A stretch of DNA of 64,000 nucleotides, taken from an uncultured Gemmatimonadales bacterium (GTDB lineage Bacteria; Gemmatimonadota; Gemmatimonadetes; Longimicrobiales; RSA9). The stretch is taken from contig CAVUKA010000002.1 in assembly GCA_963741945.1 (NCBI GenBank), positions 1-64,000 of the forward strand, written 5' to 3'. Below, one piece after another: positions 9,073 to 19,258 of the stretch. The translations under genes and the position numbers were made by a program. The notes under the pieces were generated by a model that saw only the letters and a list, made by a program, of their open reading frames with translations, searched no databases and was not told the origin of the DNA. Each line of letters starts with the position of its first letter. Within the stretch, counting starts at the first letter, position 1.

Positions 9073-10276
9073 GCGCGTCCCCGGGCCGGGCATCGGGGTC
9101 GGGCGACCCGGGGGCAGCCGGCGGCTGCTCGGGCTGGGGGGCGTAGCGCTCCAGCGTGGTGCGGGCGAGGGCGACCTGGGCGGCGCGGAGCTCCGGGGGC
9201 GCGACGACCACGGCGTCGCCGGCGAACGACTGGAGCCAGCGGAGGAACGCGTCCGGCTGGCGGACGGCGAAGCGGCGGACGGCGGTGCCGCCGGGGGCCT
9301 CCTCCACGAGCTCGCCCTTGTGGTTGCGGTCGGCCCAGAGGCTCACCGGGAAGGTGAAGGCGACGTCGGCGCGGCGGGGCTCGGCGTCGCCCAGCTCCCA
9401 CGGCTCCCGCCTGGCGTAGGCGCGGACGTCGAAGCCCGGGTCGATCTGGTACTCGTTCCCGGGGCTCCCTTTCGCCATCGCGGGCGGGTCCATGCGCGCG
9501 ACCTTGAAGATGCGGAGGTCGCCATCGCGGGCGGCGTCGGGGCCGATGAGGTACCAGGACCCGTGCTGGTAGAGGAGCCCGTACGGGGCGACGTCGCGCT
9601 GCGTGGGCTCGCCGCGGGCGATGCCGTGATAGCGGAAGCGGACGCGGGCGCGGCGGCGGAGGGCGTCCATCAGGACTTCGAGGCTGGCGCGGACGCCTTC
9701 GGCGCCGCGGCCTTCGGCGTAGACCACGGGGGGCTCGGCCAGCTTCGCGGGCTCCAGGTCGAACGTCAGCTTCGAGAGCGCGGACCTGGCTTCGCGGGCC
9801 AGGGGGGACGAGGGGAGAGCGGCGATGCGGTGAAGGGCATCGAGGGCGGCGCGGGCGTCGTCCAGGTCCAGGTCCAGCGGACGGGAGAGGCCGGACACGC
9901 CAGACGGAGCACGGGGGGCGGACACGGGGGGGGTCCCGCCCTCGTCCCCGGCGGCCACGAGCCGGAGATACGGCAGGTAGAAGTCCTTCGCGCTGAGCTG
10001 GTAACCGAACGAGGACTCGCCGCCCTCCGCCGGGAACTCGCGCGTCTCGATCGGGATGCCGGCGGCGCGGAGCTCGTCCTTGTCGCGCTCGAACATGCGG
10101 TGGAGGGCGGCCAGGTCCTGCTCGGAGCCGGAGCGCAGCTTCTCGCGGTAGGCGGGGACGCCCTCCATCACCTCGTCGACGGGGACGGGGAAATGGCGCC
10201 TCACCAGGAAGGCGATGAGGTCCAGCCAGCGCTGGGTCTTGGAAATGGCCACGTCGCCGCGTTCCGGGCTGCTCAT
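9062..10276 (-). CDS. HTH-WYL-WCX transcriptional regulator, PafB-like
   Basis: RMFERDKDELRAAGIPIE (PafB-type motif), RDVAPYGL...GSWYLIG...RIFKVARM. Overlaps the pafC-like gene. Confidence 0.9.
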   Translation of the reverse strand: MSSPERGDVAISKTQRWLDLIAFLVRRHFPVPVDEVMEGVPAYREKLRSGSEQDLAALHRMFERDKDELRAAGIPIETREFPAEGGESSFGYQLSAKDFYLPYLRLVAAGDEGGTPPVSAPRAPSGVSGLSRPLDLDLDDARAALDALHRIAALPSSPLAREARSALSKLTFDLEPAKLAEPPVVYAEGRGAEGVRASLEVLMDALRRRARVRFRYHGIARGEPTQRDVAPYGLLYQHGSWYLIGPDAARDGDLRIFKVARMDPPAMAKGSPGNEYQIDPGFDVRAYARREPWELGDAEPRRADVAFTFPVSLWADRNHKGELVEEAPGGTAVRRFAVRQPDAFLRWLQSFAGDAVVVAPPELRAAQVALARTTLERYAPQPEQPPAAPGSPDPDARPGDAHGS

Positions 10277-10415
10277 GGGACACACCTGCGTGCTGCCGTC
10301 GGCGGCCGCCTCGGACAGGGGGTTCCGGGGAGGTGGCGGGCATCGACGGGGTGGAAAATGCTCGGTTGGGACATGGTTCGCAACGGGATGGCGAGGGATG
10401 CGGTCTCCGGGCGGA

Positions 10416-10437
10416 AGGATGGGGGAGGGGTGTGACA
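10416..10437 (-). promoter_or_regulatory. Candidate PafBC-type promoter upstream of the pafB-like gene
   Basis: Minus strand TGTCAC-ACCCCTCCCC-CATCCT. Confidence 0.5.
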
Positions 10438-10517
10438 GTCCTGGGCGGCGGCGAGCGGGCGGCATCGGCGCGGCAGCCGATTCCGGGAGCGGGCGCGGGA
10501 AGGGCGCAAGCCCGGCT

Positions 10518-10555
10518 CACACGAAGGGCACGAAGGGCACGAAGACACGAAGGGG
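10518..10555 (+). repeat. Solo ACGAAG(GG/A)C tandem repeat related to the GxxExxY flanks
   Basis: cacacgaagggcacgaagggcacgaagacacgaagggg. Confidence 0.7.
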
Positions 10556-10800
10556 GGAGGCAGCAGCTGCGGCGGGTCGGGGCGTTTATGGTCGGGCGGC
10601 GCATCAGTCGTAGCGTGGTCGCCACACATTTCCCCGTGTGAACGGTCGGAGGCGGAAATGGCAACCGTTTGCGTTTACATGCGTTAAACAAGCGCCCATT
10701 CTGTCGATATATTCGGTACGGGAAATGCTCGTTACCGTTGTTTCTCACCTGCGGCCACCCGGCCGCATTTCTCGTCCGACAGTCCTGGAAGCGAGGGTGC

Positions 10801-12402
10801 ATGAAGCACCGGATGATGAGCGTCGCGTTGCTGGCGGTGGCCATTACGGCGTGTACGGAACCGGCTGACCCGGTGGCGATGGTGGAGGGCGATCATCTGG
10901 AGAGCCGGGCGTCCTCGGCGACGGATCCGCTGAGCAACGCGAACCGGCTGCCGGAGTCGCTGGAGCAGAAGGTGAAGGCGCTGCGGACGGACATGGAGGG
11001 GCGGGGCTACCGGGTCGCGCGGGGGTACTGGACGTTGTGGGGGGCGGACGACTGCAAGGCGCCGATGCAGACGGTGGGGTTCTGCTACGGGAACAACCCG
11101 ACCGCGCCGTACGTGCTGGCGGTGGTTCCGAACTGGAAGGACGAGCACGTGGACCAGGAGCTCCACCACGCGCTTCTCAAGGCCCAGCGGAACATGTCCG
11201 CCATCTACCGGCTGGACCACCGGGAGGCGCTGGTGGTGATGGCCAAGCTGCCGCCGCCGGCGCGCTACCTCGGCCTCACGACGAACGTGTTCACGCGCGA
11301 GACCACGCTGAACGAGAGCGACCCGATCTACCAGCTGTCTCTGACGGTGCCGCTGATGCAGGCGATGCAGTGGATCCTCTTCGCGACGTCGCCCGTGCCG
11401 TCGCGCATGATGCTGATCTCGAGCATCGGCGACGCCACGAACAACGTGAACATCCAGGACCAGAGCGGGAGCGTGTGGGCCGAGGAGCGCTTCTTCATCA
11501 TCACCCCCGACCGTGGGCTGGCCGCGGAGATCACGGCCGCGCTGGTTTCGGCGGGCGTGCCGTCCGAGGACGTGTTCACGGAGGAGGCCTCGCCCGACGT
11601 GGTGCGTCCGGGGCTGGGCCCGGAAGCGGACGACTTCATCACGTACCTGCGCTACGCGCTTCCGGATGATCCGGCGGCGGGCGAGCAGTGGCGGAAGGAG
11701 CTGCCGCTGACGGTGCTGCGGGTCAGGGACGCGAACCCGTCCAGCGCGCTGGACCCGTTCCCGCTCCCGCCCTACGACGAGCGGACGTTCACGATGGACG
11801 AGAGGGATCCGTCCAACGGTCTCTCCGATGATCTGGGCGCGGTGGTGGCCGCGGTGAAGGCGCGGTGGGGCCAGCCGGATGCATCGGTGAAGCCCTACGC
11901 CAGCCTGACGGACAACTTCGACCTGGTGGGGCAGCACTGCCTGGGCGCGGGGCCGGATCCGCTTCGCGGGCCCATGGACTGCCTGGGGGACAACCAGGAT
12001 GACGAGCCGCTCATCGGTCCGACCATCCACCTCGAAGGCGACACGGTCGTCGCCATGGTCGGAACGCTCGCCACGGAGACGGGCAACGCGACGTACGTGA
12101 GCCTCTCGGTCAACTGGTTCCCGTACCTGGTGGGCGTCCAGAACCTTTCGGACGTTCAGCTCACGGGCACGGCCGCGGAATACCTGGAGGGTGACCGCGC
12201 GCACTTCTTCTACGTGTACTACATCGCGCGGGACTGCACGGGGATCGACAACTGCCTCGAGGTTCCGCGGAAGCTGGTTCCCGCGGGAGAGAGCATCAAG
12301 GCCATCGTGCGGAACTACGTGACCCCGGGCAGCGCGCGCGGCCCCGACCCCACGAAGCTGCTGATGCCGCGGGTGATCTTCCTCGACGGAAGCCAGCGGT
12401 AG
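10801..12402 (+). CDS. Uncharacterised lipoprotein
   Basis: MKHRMMSVALLAVAITAC signal peptide and lipobox, long ORF with high-GC3 codon usage, no recognised family motif. Confidence 0.75.
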   Translation: MKHRMMSVALLAVAITACTEPADPVAMVEGDHLESRASSATDPLSNANRLPESLEQKVKALRTDMEGRGYRVARGYWTLWGADDCKAPMQTVGFCYGNNPTAPYVLAVVPNWKDEHVDQELHHALLKAQRNMSAIYRLDHREALVVMAKLPPPARYLGLTTNVFTRETTLNESDPIYQLSLTVPLMQAMQWILFATSPVPSRMMLISSIGDATNNVNIQDQSGSVWAEERFFIITPDRGLAAEITAALVSAGVPSEDVFTEEASPDVVRPGLGPEADDFITYLRYALPDDPAAGEQWRKELPLTVLRVRDANPSSALDPFPLPPYDERTFTMDERDPSNGLSDDLGAVVAAVKARWGQPDASVKPYASLTDNFDLVGQHCLGAGPDPLRGPMDCLGDNQDDEPLIGPTIHLEGDTVVAMVGTLATETGNATYVSLSVNWFPYLVGVQNLSDVQLTGTAAEYLEGDRAHFFYVYYIARDCTGIDNCLEVPRKLVPAGESIKAIVRNYVTPGSARGPDPTKLLMPRVIFLDGSQR

Positions 12403-12605
12403 CGGCCCGGGCCGGCCCGGGTGCGGCGGCCCTGCCGCATCCGGACCCGGCCGCTTCGCCGTTGACTCCCCGGTCGGCGTCCGACACCGTTGACCATGCG
12501 CGACATGCGGTCGGCGGCCGCCGCCGGGATCGTGATGCGCCGCGTCGCGCCGGTGCGCAGCCCGTCCGCACTGCCGTCCCACCCGACCCGAACCGGAGCC
12601 CGTCC

Positions 12606-14363
12606 ATGACGCCCACAGCGGACCGCGACCGTGGCGTGGCCGCCTACGAGCGCCAGGAATGGGGCGAGGCCCGGGAGCGCCTGGCGCGGGCGGCGGCGGA
12701 TGGTCCGCTGGCTCCGGCCGACCTGGAGCGGCTGGCGGTCGCCGCGTACCTGACGGGCCACCTGGGAACGTTCCTGGACGCGCTGGAGCGGGCGCACGAG
12801 GCGTGGCAGGCGGGCGGCGATTCGCCGGCGGCGGCGCGGGCGGCGATCTGGCTGGGGATCCACCTGGGGGAGCAGGGCGAGGCGGCGAAGGCGAACGGGT
12901 GGTTCGGCCGCGCGGGGCGGATCCTGGACGCGCTGACGCCGGCCGACGAGGCGGGAGCAGGCGAAGCGGCGGACGCGAGCCTGCGGGCCGCCCCGGGCGG
13001 GGCGCCGGGCGAAGCGGAGCGCGGCTTCCTCCTGGTGCCGGCGGCGCGGCAGCGGGCCATGGCGGGCGACCCGGCGGCGGCGGAGCGGCTGGCGGCGGAA
13101 GCGGCGGCCGTCGCCCAGCGCACCGGCGACCGGGACGTCCTGGCGCTGGCGGTGCACATGCAGGGGCGTGCGGTGCTGGTGCAGGGTCGCGTGGACGAGG
13201 GGCTGCGGCTGCTGGACGAGGCCATGGTCGCGGTGACCACGGAGGATCTTTCGCCGCTGATCACGGGGCTGGTCTACTGCTCGGTGCTGAGCGCGTGCCG
13301 GAGCGTGTACGCCATCGGCCGGGCGCACGAGTGGACGGAAGCGCTGGCCGAGTGGTGCGCCCGCCAGCCGGACATGGTGGCGTACGCGGGCGAGTGCGGC
13401 GTGTACCGCTCCGAGCTCATGCAGCTGCACGGCCGGTGGCACGACGCGCTGCGCGAGGCGAAGCGCGCGGCGGATCGCATGCACGAGGCCAGCGGCCCCG
13501 CCGCCGCGCTGGCGCTCTACCAGCAGGGCGAGGCGCACCGGCTTCTGGGGGAGCTGGACGCGGCCGAGGAGGCGTACCGGGCGGCCAGCCGGGCCGGGCG
13601 CGAGCCGCAGCCCGGACTCGCCCTCCTCCGCCTGGCCCAGGGCGACGACGCCGCCGCGGCCGCCGCCATCCGCCGCGCCCTCGCCGAGGCCGCCGACCCG
13701 CTCCAGCGCGCCCGGCTGCTCCCGTCATTCGTGGAGATCGTGCTGGCGTCCGCTGGCGCGGCCGCGGCTCGAGGGCCGGCTCAGGGGTCGGGCATCGAGG
13801 AGGCGGAATCGGGGGCGGCGGAGCTGGAGTCGCTGGCGGAGCGGTACGGGTCGCCGGTGCTCGCGGCCATGGCGGCGCACGCGCGGGGCGCGGTGCTCCT
13901 CGCCCGCGAGCAGCCCGCGGCCGCGCTTCCCCACCTCCGGCAGGCGGCGTCGGAATGGCGAGCGCTGGACGCGCCCTACGACGCGGCGAGGGCGCGGGCG
14001 CTGCTCGCGGCCGCGTGTGGCGCGCTGGGGGACGACAATGGCGCGGCGCTGGAGCTGGACGCGGCGCGGTCGGCGTTCGAACGGCTGGGAGCCGGGCCGG
14101 ACGTGGCGCGGCTCGACGCCCGGAGCGGGACGGGTCGGCAGGCCCGGTCCGGAGGCGGGCGCGCGCACGGGCTCACGCCACGGGAAGCGGAAGTGCTGGC
14201 GGAGGTGGCGACGGGCCGGACGAACCGCCAGGTGGCGGAGCGCCTGTTCATCAGCGAGAAGACCGTGGCGCGCCACGTCAGCAACATCTTCGCGAAGCTG
14301 AGCGTGTCGTCACGGGCGGCGGCCACGGCGTACGCGTACGAGCACGGCCTGGTGGGGCCATAG
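12606..14363 (+). CDS. LuxR-family regulator with a TPR-like helical N-terminal region
   Basis: C-terminal HGLTPREAEVL...GRTNRQVAERLFISEKTVARHVSNIFAKL. Confidence 0.9.
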   Translation: MTPTADRDRGVAAYERQEWGEARERLARAAADGPLAPADLERLAVAAYLTGHLGTFLDALERAHEAWQAGGDSPAAARAAIWLGIHLGEQGEAAKANGWFGRAGRILDALTPADEAGAGEAADASLRAAPGGAPGEAERGFLLVPAARQRAMAGDPAAAERLAAEAAAVAQRTGDRDVLALAVHMQGRAVLVQGRVDEGLRLLDEAMVAVTTEDLSPLITGLVYCSVLSACRSVYAIGRAHEWTEALAEWCARQPDMVAYAGECGVYRSELMQLHGRWHDALREAKRAADRMHEASGPAAALALYQQGEAHRLLGELDAAEEAYRAASRAGREPQPGLALLRLAQGDDAAAAAAIRRALAEAADPLQRARLLPSFVEIVLASAGAAAARGPAQGSGIEEAESGAAELESLAERYGSPVLAAMAAHARGAVLLAREQPAAALPHLRQAASEWRALDAPYDAARARALLAAACGALGDDNGAALELDAARSAFERLGAGPDVARLDARSGTGRQARSGGGRAHGLTPREAEVLAEVATGRTNRQVAERLFISEKTVARHVSNIFAKLSVSSRAAATAYAYEHGLVGP

Positions 14364-14527
14364 CGGGAGCCCGCCCGGAACCGTCTGCATGGAATTACCC
14401 ATCCGAGGCTCCCCGCGAAAATGGTCCGTTCTCCCGACGCGCGCCCGCACCCCGGCGCGCCATCGTTGGTCGTGGGCGCCCGGGAGCCGGCGGTCCCGGG
14501 CACGGCGACAGACCTGCGGGGGACGAT

Positions 14528-15868
14528 ATGGGCGACGCACCTGGGACGGAGACGGCAACGGGAGCGGCGGAGATCCGGACGCAGACGGCGGCGGGAAGGG
14601 CGGAGCTCCGGACCGACGGCGCGGCGGAGCGGGGGTCGACGGACGCGGCGCGGCGGCGGACGAGCGGGGCGGCGGCCGGGCCGGGGCGCGGGGTGAAGGC
14701 GGGGTTGGCCGGCCGTCTGGAGCGGATCGATGCGGTGGTGGTGGGCGGCGGGCAGGCGGGGCTGGCCACCGGCTACCAGCTGAAGCGGCGCGGGGTGCGG
14801 TTCGTGGTGCTGGAGGCGGACGCCCGGATCGGCGACGTGTGGCGGCGTCGCTGGGACTCGCTCCGCCTGTTCACGCCCGCCGCGTTCGACGCGCTGCCGG
14901 GCATGCCCTTCCCCGCCCCGCCGCACTCGTTCCCGACGAAGGACGAGATGGCGGACTACCTGGAGCGCTACGCGGCAGCGTTCGAGCTGCCGGTGCGCAC
15001 GGGCGCGCGGGTGACCAGCGTGACGCGGACGGCTGACGAGGCTGGCGGCTTCGTGGAAGGGAGCGCGTCGCGCGGCGGGGGCGGCGGTCGCTCCCCGGGG
15101 GGCTTCCTGGTCGAGACCGCGGACGGGCGGCACTTCCTCGCGGAGAACGTGGTCGTCGCCATGGCGAACTACCAGGAGCCGTGGCTGCCCGAGTTCGCCG
15201 CCCGCCTGGATCCCGACCTGGTCCAGGTCCACTCGCGCGAGTATCGCAACCCGTCGCAGCTGCGGCCCGGGGGCGTGCTGCTGGTGGGCGCGGGGAACTC
15301 GGCGGCCGAGATCGCCAGGGAGCTGGCGCCGCGGCACCGGGTGTGGGTGTCCGGCCGCGACGTGGGGGAGCTGCCGTTCCGGGTAGAGGGCTTCCTGGGC
15401 CGCCACCTCCTGGTGCGGCTGGTGCTGCGCGTCCTGTTCTACCGGGTGCTGAGCGTGGACACGCCCGTTGGACGCGGCGCCCGTCGCAGGATCGTGGGGC
15501 ACGGCGGTCCGCTGATCCGCGTGAAGCGGGCCCAGCTCGCCGACGCGGGCGTGGAATTCGTCGGCCGCACGGCCGGAGCGAAGGGCGGCATGCCGGTGCT
15601 GGAGGACGGGCGGGTGCTGGACGTGGAGAACGTGGTGTGGTGCACGGGCTTCCGCCCCGGGTTCGAGCGCTGGCTGCACCTCCCCGTGCACGGCGAGCAC
15701 GAGCCCCGGCACCAGCGCGGCCAGGTCGCGGACCAGCCGGGGCTGTACTTCGTGGGCCTCCATTTCCAGCGGTCGCTCGCGTCGGCCATGATCCACGGCG
15801 TGGGGCGGGACGCGGCGGAGATCGCCCGCGCCGTGGCGCGACGGACGCCGGGGGCGATCCCGGCCTGA
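14528..15868 (+). CDS. Flavin-containing monooxygenase/TrkA-like FAD-dependent oxidoreductase
   Basis: VVGGGQAGLA, WRRRWDSLRLFTP, VHSREYRNP, LVGAGNSAAEIA and VVWCTGF. Start uncertain. Confidence 0.88.
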   Translation: MGDAPGTETATGAAEIRTQTAAGRAELRTDGAAERGSTDAARRRTSGAAAGPGRGVKAGLAGRLERIDAVVVGGGQAGLATGYQLKRRGVRFVVLEADARIGDVWRRRWDSLRLFTPAAFDALPGMPFPAPPHSFPTKDEMADYLERYAAAFELPVRTGARVTSVTRTADEAGGFVEGSASRGGGGGRSPGGFLVETADGRHFLAENVVVAMANYQEPWLPEFAARLDPDLVQVHSREYRNPSQLRPGGVLLVGAGNSAAEIARELAPRHRVWVSGRDVGELPFRVEGFLGRHLLVRLVLRVLFYRVLSVDTPVGRGARRRIVGHGGPLIRVKRAQLADAGVEFVGRTAGAKGGMPVLEDGRVLDVENVVWCTGFRPGFERWLHLPVHGEHEPRHQRGQVADQPGLYFVGLHFQRSLASAMIHGVGRDAAEIARAVARRTPGAIPA

Positions 15869-15971
15869 GGGGGTGGGGGAGCGGGCGGCGGGCGCGATCC
15901 TGGCCGCGGCGGTGCCTGGGGGGTCGACGTGCGGCCGATCGGCCCCCGGGGCGAGGGGGGTGAGGCGGTCA

Positions 15972-16000
15972 TTGTCGGAACCGGACCCCTCGGTTACCTT
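15972..16000 (+). promoter_or_regulatory. Sigma70-like promoter of the DEAD-box helicase gene
   Basis: TTGTCG-N17-TACCTT. Confidence 0.6.
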
Positions 16001-16045
16001 ACACGTCGTGTGAGCACCAGTGGGTGCCGCACTCGTACGATCGAG

Positions 16046-16078
16046 AGAGCCTCGGCGGACGCCGGGGTTCTTTTTTTG
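16046..16078 (+). terminator. Intrinsic terminator/attenuator within the helicase 5' leader
   Basis: gagcctcggc-ggac-gccggggttc followed by a T-tract, about 55 nt before the ATG. Confidence 0.7.
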
Positions 16079-16134
16079 TGCGCTCCTTCCGGATGTGCCG
16101 GACCACGGGGCGCCGACCCATCGGAAGGAACTGG

Positions 16135-17615
16135 ATGACGAAGCAGGAAGAGTTTGCAGGAATGATGCTGGACCCGCGGCTGCTGGCGGCTGTGGCGGAC
16201 GAGGGATTCACGAAGCCGACGCCGGTGCAGGAGACGGCGATCCCGGCGGGGGTATCCGGGCGGGACGTTCTGGGGTGCGCGGCCACGGGAAGCGGGAAGA
16301 CGGCGGCGTTCGTGCTGCCGATCCTGCAGCGGCTGCTGCAGCGGGAGCGCGGTGCCACGCGAGCGCTGGTGCTGGTGCCGACGCGGGAGCTGGCGGCGCA
16401 GGTGGAGGAGCACGCGCGGGCGCTGGCGTCGCATACGAAGATCACAGTGACGTCGATCTTCGGCGGCGTGGCCATGGGGCCGCAGGTGAGCGCGTTCAAG
16501 CGGGGCGTGGACATCATGGTGGCCACGCCGGGCCGGCTGCTGGACCATTTCGGCCGCGACCACGGGACGCTGCCGGCGCTGGAAGTGCTGGTGCTGGACG
16601 AAGCGGACCGGATGCTGGACATGGGGTTCCTGCCGGAGATCCGTAAGATCATCCGTCACCTGCCGAACCGGCCGCGGCAGACGTTCTTCTTCTCGGCGAC
16701 GCTGCCCCGCGCGATCGTCGACCTGGCGGGCGAGATGCTGGACCAGCCGGCGCGGATCGACGTGGAGCGGAAGCAGGCGCCGGCGGCGGGCGTGCTGCAA
16801 GCGCTCTACCCGGTGTCGCAGAAGGGGAAGGTGGAGCTGCTTCTGGAGCTGCTGCGGCGAGGCGAGGTGGGAAACGCCATCGTGTTCACGAGGACGAAGC
16901 ACCGGGCGAACCGGGTGGCGCAGAAGCTGGAGCGGCAGGGCGTGAGCGTGGCCCGGATCCACGGGAACCGTAGCCAGAAGCAGCGCACGCTGGCGCTGGA
17001 CGGGTTCCGGAAGGGGCGGTTCCAGGTGATCGTGGCCACGGACATCCTGGCGCGCGGCATCGACGTGGAGGCGCTCGAGCACGTGGTGAACTTCGACGTC
17101 CCGGCCACGCCCGAGGACTACATCCACCGGGTGGGCAGGACCGGGCGCGCGGAAGCCACGGGGGACGCGTACACGTTCGTCACGCCGGAGGACCTCGCCA
17201 TGGTGCGGGCGATCGAGAGGAAGGTCGGCAAGCCCATCGAGCGGCGGACCGTGGACGGCTTCGACTACAACGGCCACAACGCCGGCGAGGCGCTCGAGAT
17301 CCCGCTGGAGGAGCGGCTTGCGAAAGTGCGCGCCGAGCGGGCGGAGGCCCGACGGCGGACCGCGGAGAAAGCGGAGAGGTCGGGAGCCTCCGCTCCGGCT
17401 TCCGGATCGTACTCGAGGTCCCGGAACGGCAGCGGCCGCAATGGCGGCGGCAGCGGCAACGGTGGCAGCCGTGGCAGCGGCAACAGTGGCAGCCACGGCA
17501 GCGGCAACGGCAGCAGCGCAACGGGGGCGGCAGCAGCAGCCGCAGCAGCGATGACGGCCGCAACGGCAGCAGCGGCGGCCTGGGGCGGCGAACAGGCTCT
17601 CGGCGGCGGGGCTGA
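16135..17615 (+). CDS. DEAD-box RNA helicase (RhlE-like)
   Basis: Q-motif FTKPTPVQ, ATGSGKT, PTRELA, LDEAD, SAT, ARGID and HRVGRTGR. The Gly/Ser/Asn tail continues in another frame after ~17520 to TGA at 17615; the ORF track frame ends at 17664. Confidence 0.93.
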
Positions 17616-17635
17616 GCGCGCGGCGGCGCCCGGGC

Positions 17636-18946
17636 TCAGCTGGGGACGCCGCCGCGCGGGTTGATGGGAATGGCGAAGGTGGCGGTGGTCCCGACGGTGC
17701 GGCCGGTGCCGGTGTCGCCTTCCCAGAGCTGGACCTTGGCTTCCATGGTGCCGTGGACCTCGCCGTAGGCGGCGTCGGTGGGGTCGACCCAGCGGGTGAT
17801 GGTGATGGAGCCGGAGCCGGACAGGCCGAACGTGGCGTGGTCGCGATAGAAGAGCTGCGCGAACGCGGGCGGCCACGCGGCGGGGTCGGCGGCGGTGGCG
17901 GGATCGACATCGCCGAGCGGGAACGTGCCGACGCCGGGGGAGCGGAGGATGAAGCCGTGGTTCAGCTCCCACGGGTAGGGGTGCGGAAAGACGCCGTCCA
18001 TGTCCGCGTCCCACCAGACCTGGAAGCCATCCGGCTCGGCCGAGGCCTGCCCGTGCGTGGCGATGGCCGTGCCGGGGACGGGGCCGCCATCGACGGTGAG
18101 GTGGACCGACGGGAGCAGGAGGTGCTGGAGGTCGAGGAGCATCTCGCCCGTGACGGTGACGGTGTCACCGGACGCGACCGGGTGGCCGTCAGGGCCGACA
18201 TAGTAGCGGGTGGCGCGGAAGACGAAGTCGCCGCGCATGACGCCGACGAGCAGCCCCGGGCGCTCGGGAAAGACGGCCTCCGACACCGTGAGCGTGCCGC
18301 CCGTGCCATAGTACACCCGCCCTCCCGGTCCGTCCTGTCCTACGGCGAGCAGCGCGCTCGGCCCCGCCTGCGGGCGGCCCTCGAGCGGGTACGGCGCAAT
18401 GGCGTGCTCGCCCGCGGCGAGGACCGAGGGGAGGACCAGGACGATGGTGGAGTCCCGGAGCGCCGGGTCGAGGCCGTCGCCGACGAGGGTGGTTCGGTCG
18501 CCGGCGTCCGTGGCCAGCACGTCCAGCACCCTGGCCAGCCCCCGCCAGCGGAAGTCCGCCGTGTCCCGGCCTTCCACCCGCCCGCGCAGCTCACCCCGCT
18601 CCAGCGCGCCCCACCGCACCCGGAAACGCGCGGTGTCGACCAGCGCGCCGAGCCGGGCGACGACACCGCCCGCCCCCGGGCGCACGCCCGTCACCCGGCC
18701 GCCCCCGTCCACGCCCGCCACGGAGGCGTCGAGCGCCTCCCAGGTGACGGCGGCGTCGGCGATGACGCGCCCGGAAGCGGTGCGCGCCACCGCGCTGAAC
18801 GCGCGCGGCTCACCGGCCGCCAGGAGCGTGTCGCCCAGGATCTCCAGCGAGGCGGGGGCGCCGACGGCGACAGGGTCGTCGCACGCGGCGGTGAGCGAAG
18901 CGGCAGCCACGGCCAGGACGAGCGGGAGTCCGACAGAACGGGGCAT
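17636..18946 (-). CDS. Lipoprotein with an N-terminal Ig-like (Big_2-type) domain
   Basis: LAVAAASLTAAC lipobox and VTWEALDASVAGVDGGGRVTGVRPG Ig-like motif. Confidence 0.7.
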   Translation of the reverse strand: MPRSVGLPLVLAVAAASLTAACDDPVAVGAPASLEILGDTLLAAGEPRAFSAVARTASGRVIADAAVTWEALDASVAGVDGGGRVTGVRPGAGGVVARLGALVDTARFRVRWGALERGELRGRVEGRDTADFRWRGLARVLDVLATDAGDRTTLVGDGLDPALRDSTIVLVLPSVLAAGEHAIAPYPLEGRPQAGPSALLAVGQDGPGGRVYYGTGGTLTVSEAVFPERPGLLVGVMRGDFVFRATRYYVGPDGHPVASGDTVTVTGEMLLDLQHLLLPSVHLTVDGGPVPGTAIATHGQASAEPDGFQVWWDADMDGVFPHPYPWELNHGFILRSPGVGTFPLGDVDPATAADPAAWPPAFAQLFYRDHATFGLSGSGSITITRWVDPTDAAYGEVHGTMEAKVQLWEGDTGTGRTVGTTATFAIPINPRGGVPS

Positions 18947-19258
18947 GGGAGAGTCTCCGCGAAAAATTGGTCGCCGTAGATAATGCGGCGGGCGGGCGCC
19001 GTCAAGGGATCCGGGCGGGCGACGGGCGGCGTCCGGCGCGCAGCGCGGGGCCAGACCCTGGAATTCCAGCGGGCGGACGCATAGCTTTGAAGGCCCCTAC
19101 TCTCCGGATCCATGAGCGAATTCCTGGAACCTCCAGCGCCCCCGTCCGCCCGGATGGAGGCCGCGGCCGATGCTGCGGCCTCCCCTGCTTAGTCGGCGGC
19201 GGCAACGTCGGCTGCCCTGTGCGGGGGTCGGCGACGCGTCCCTGTCTCCGCGGCGGGC

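Noticed and set aside
10702-10723. TGTCGA upstream of the lipoprotein as a PafBC-type site
   Set aside because: The spacing and -10 element do not fit (ACGGGA at the expected position).
17420-17615. GGCAGC-rich tract as a separate repeat element
   Set aside because: It encodes the low-complexity Gly/Ser/Asn tail typical of DEAD-box helicases.
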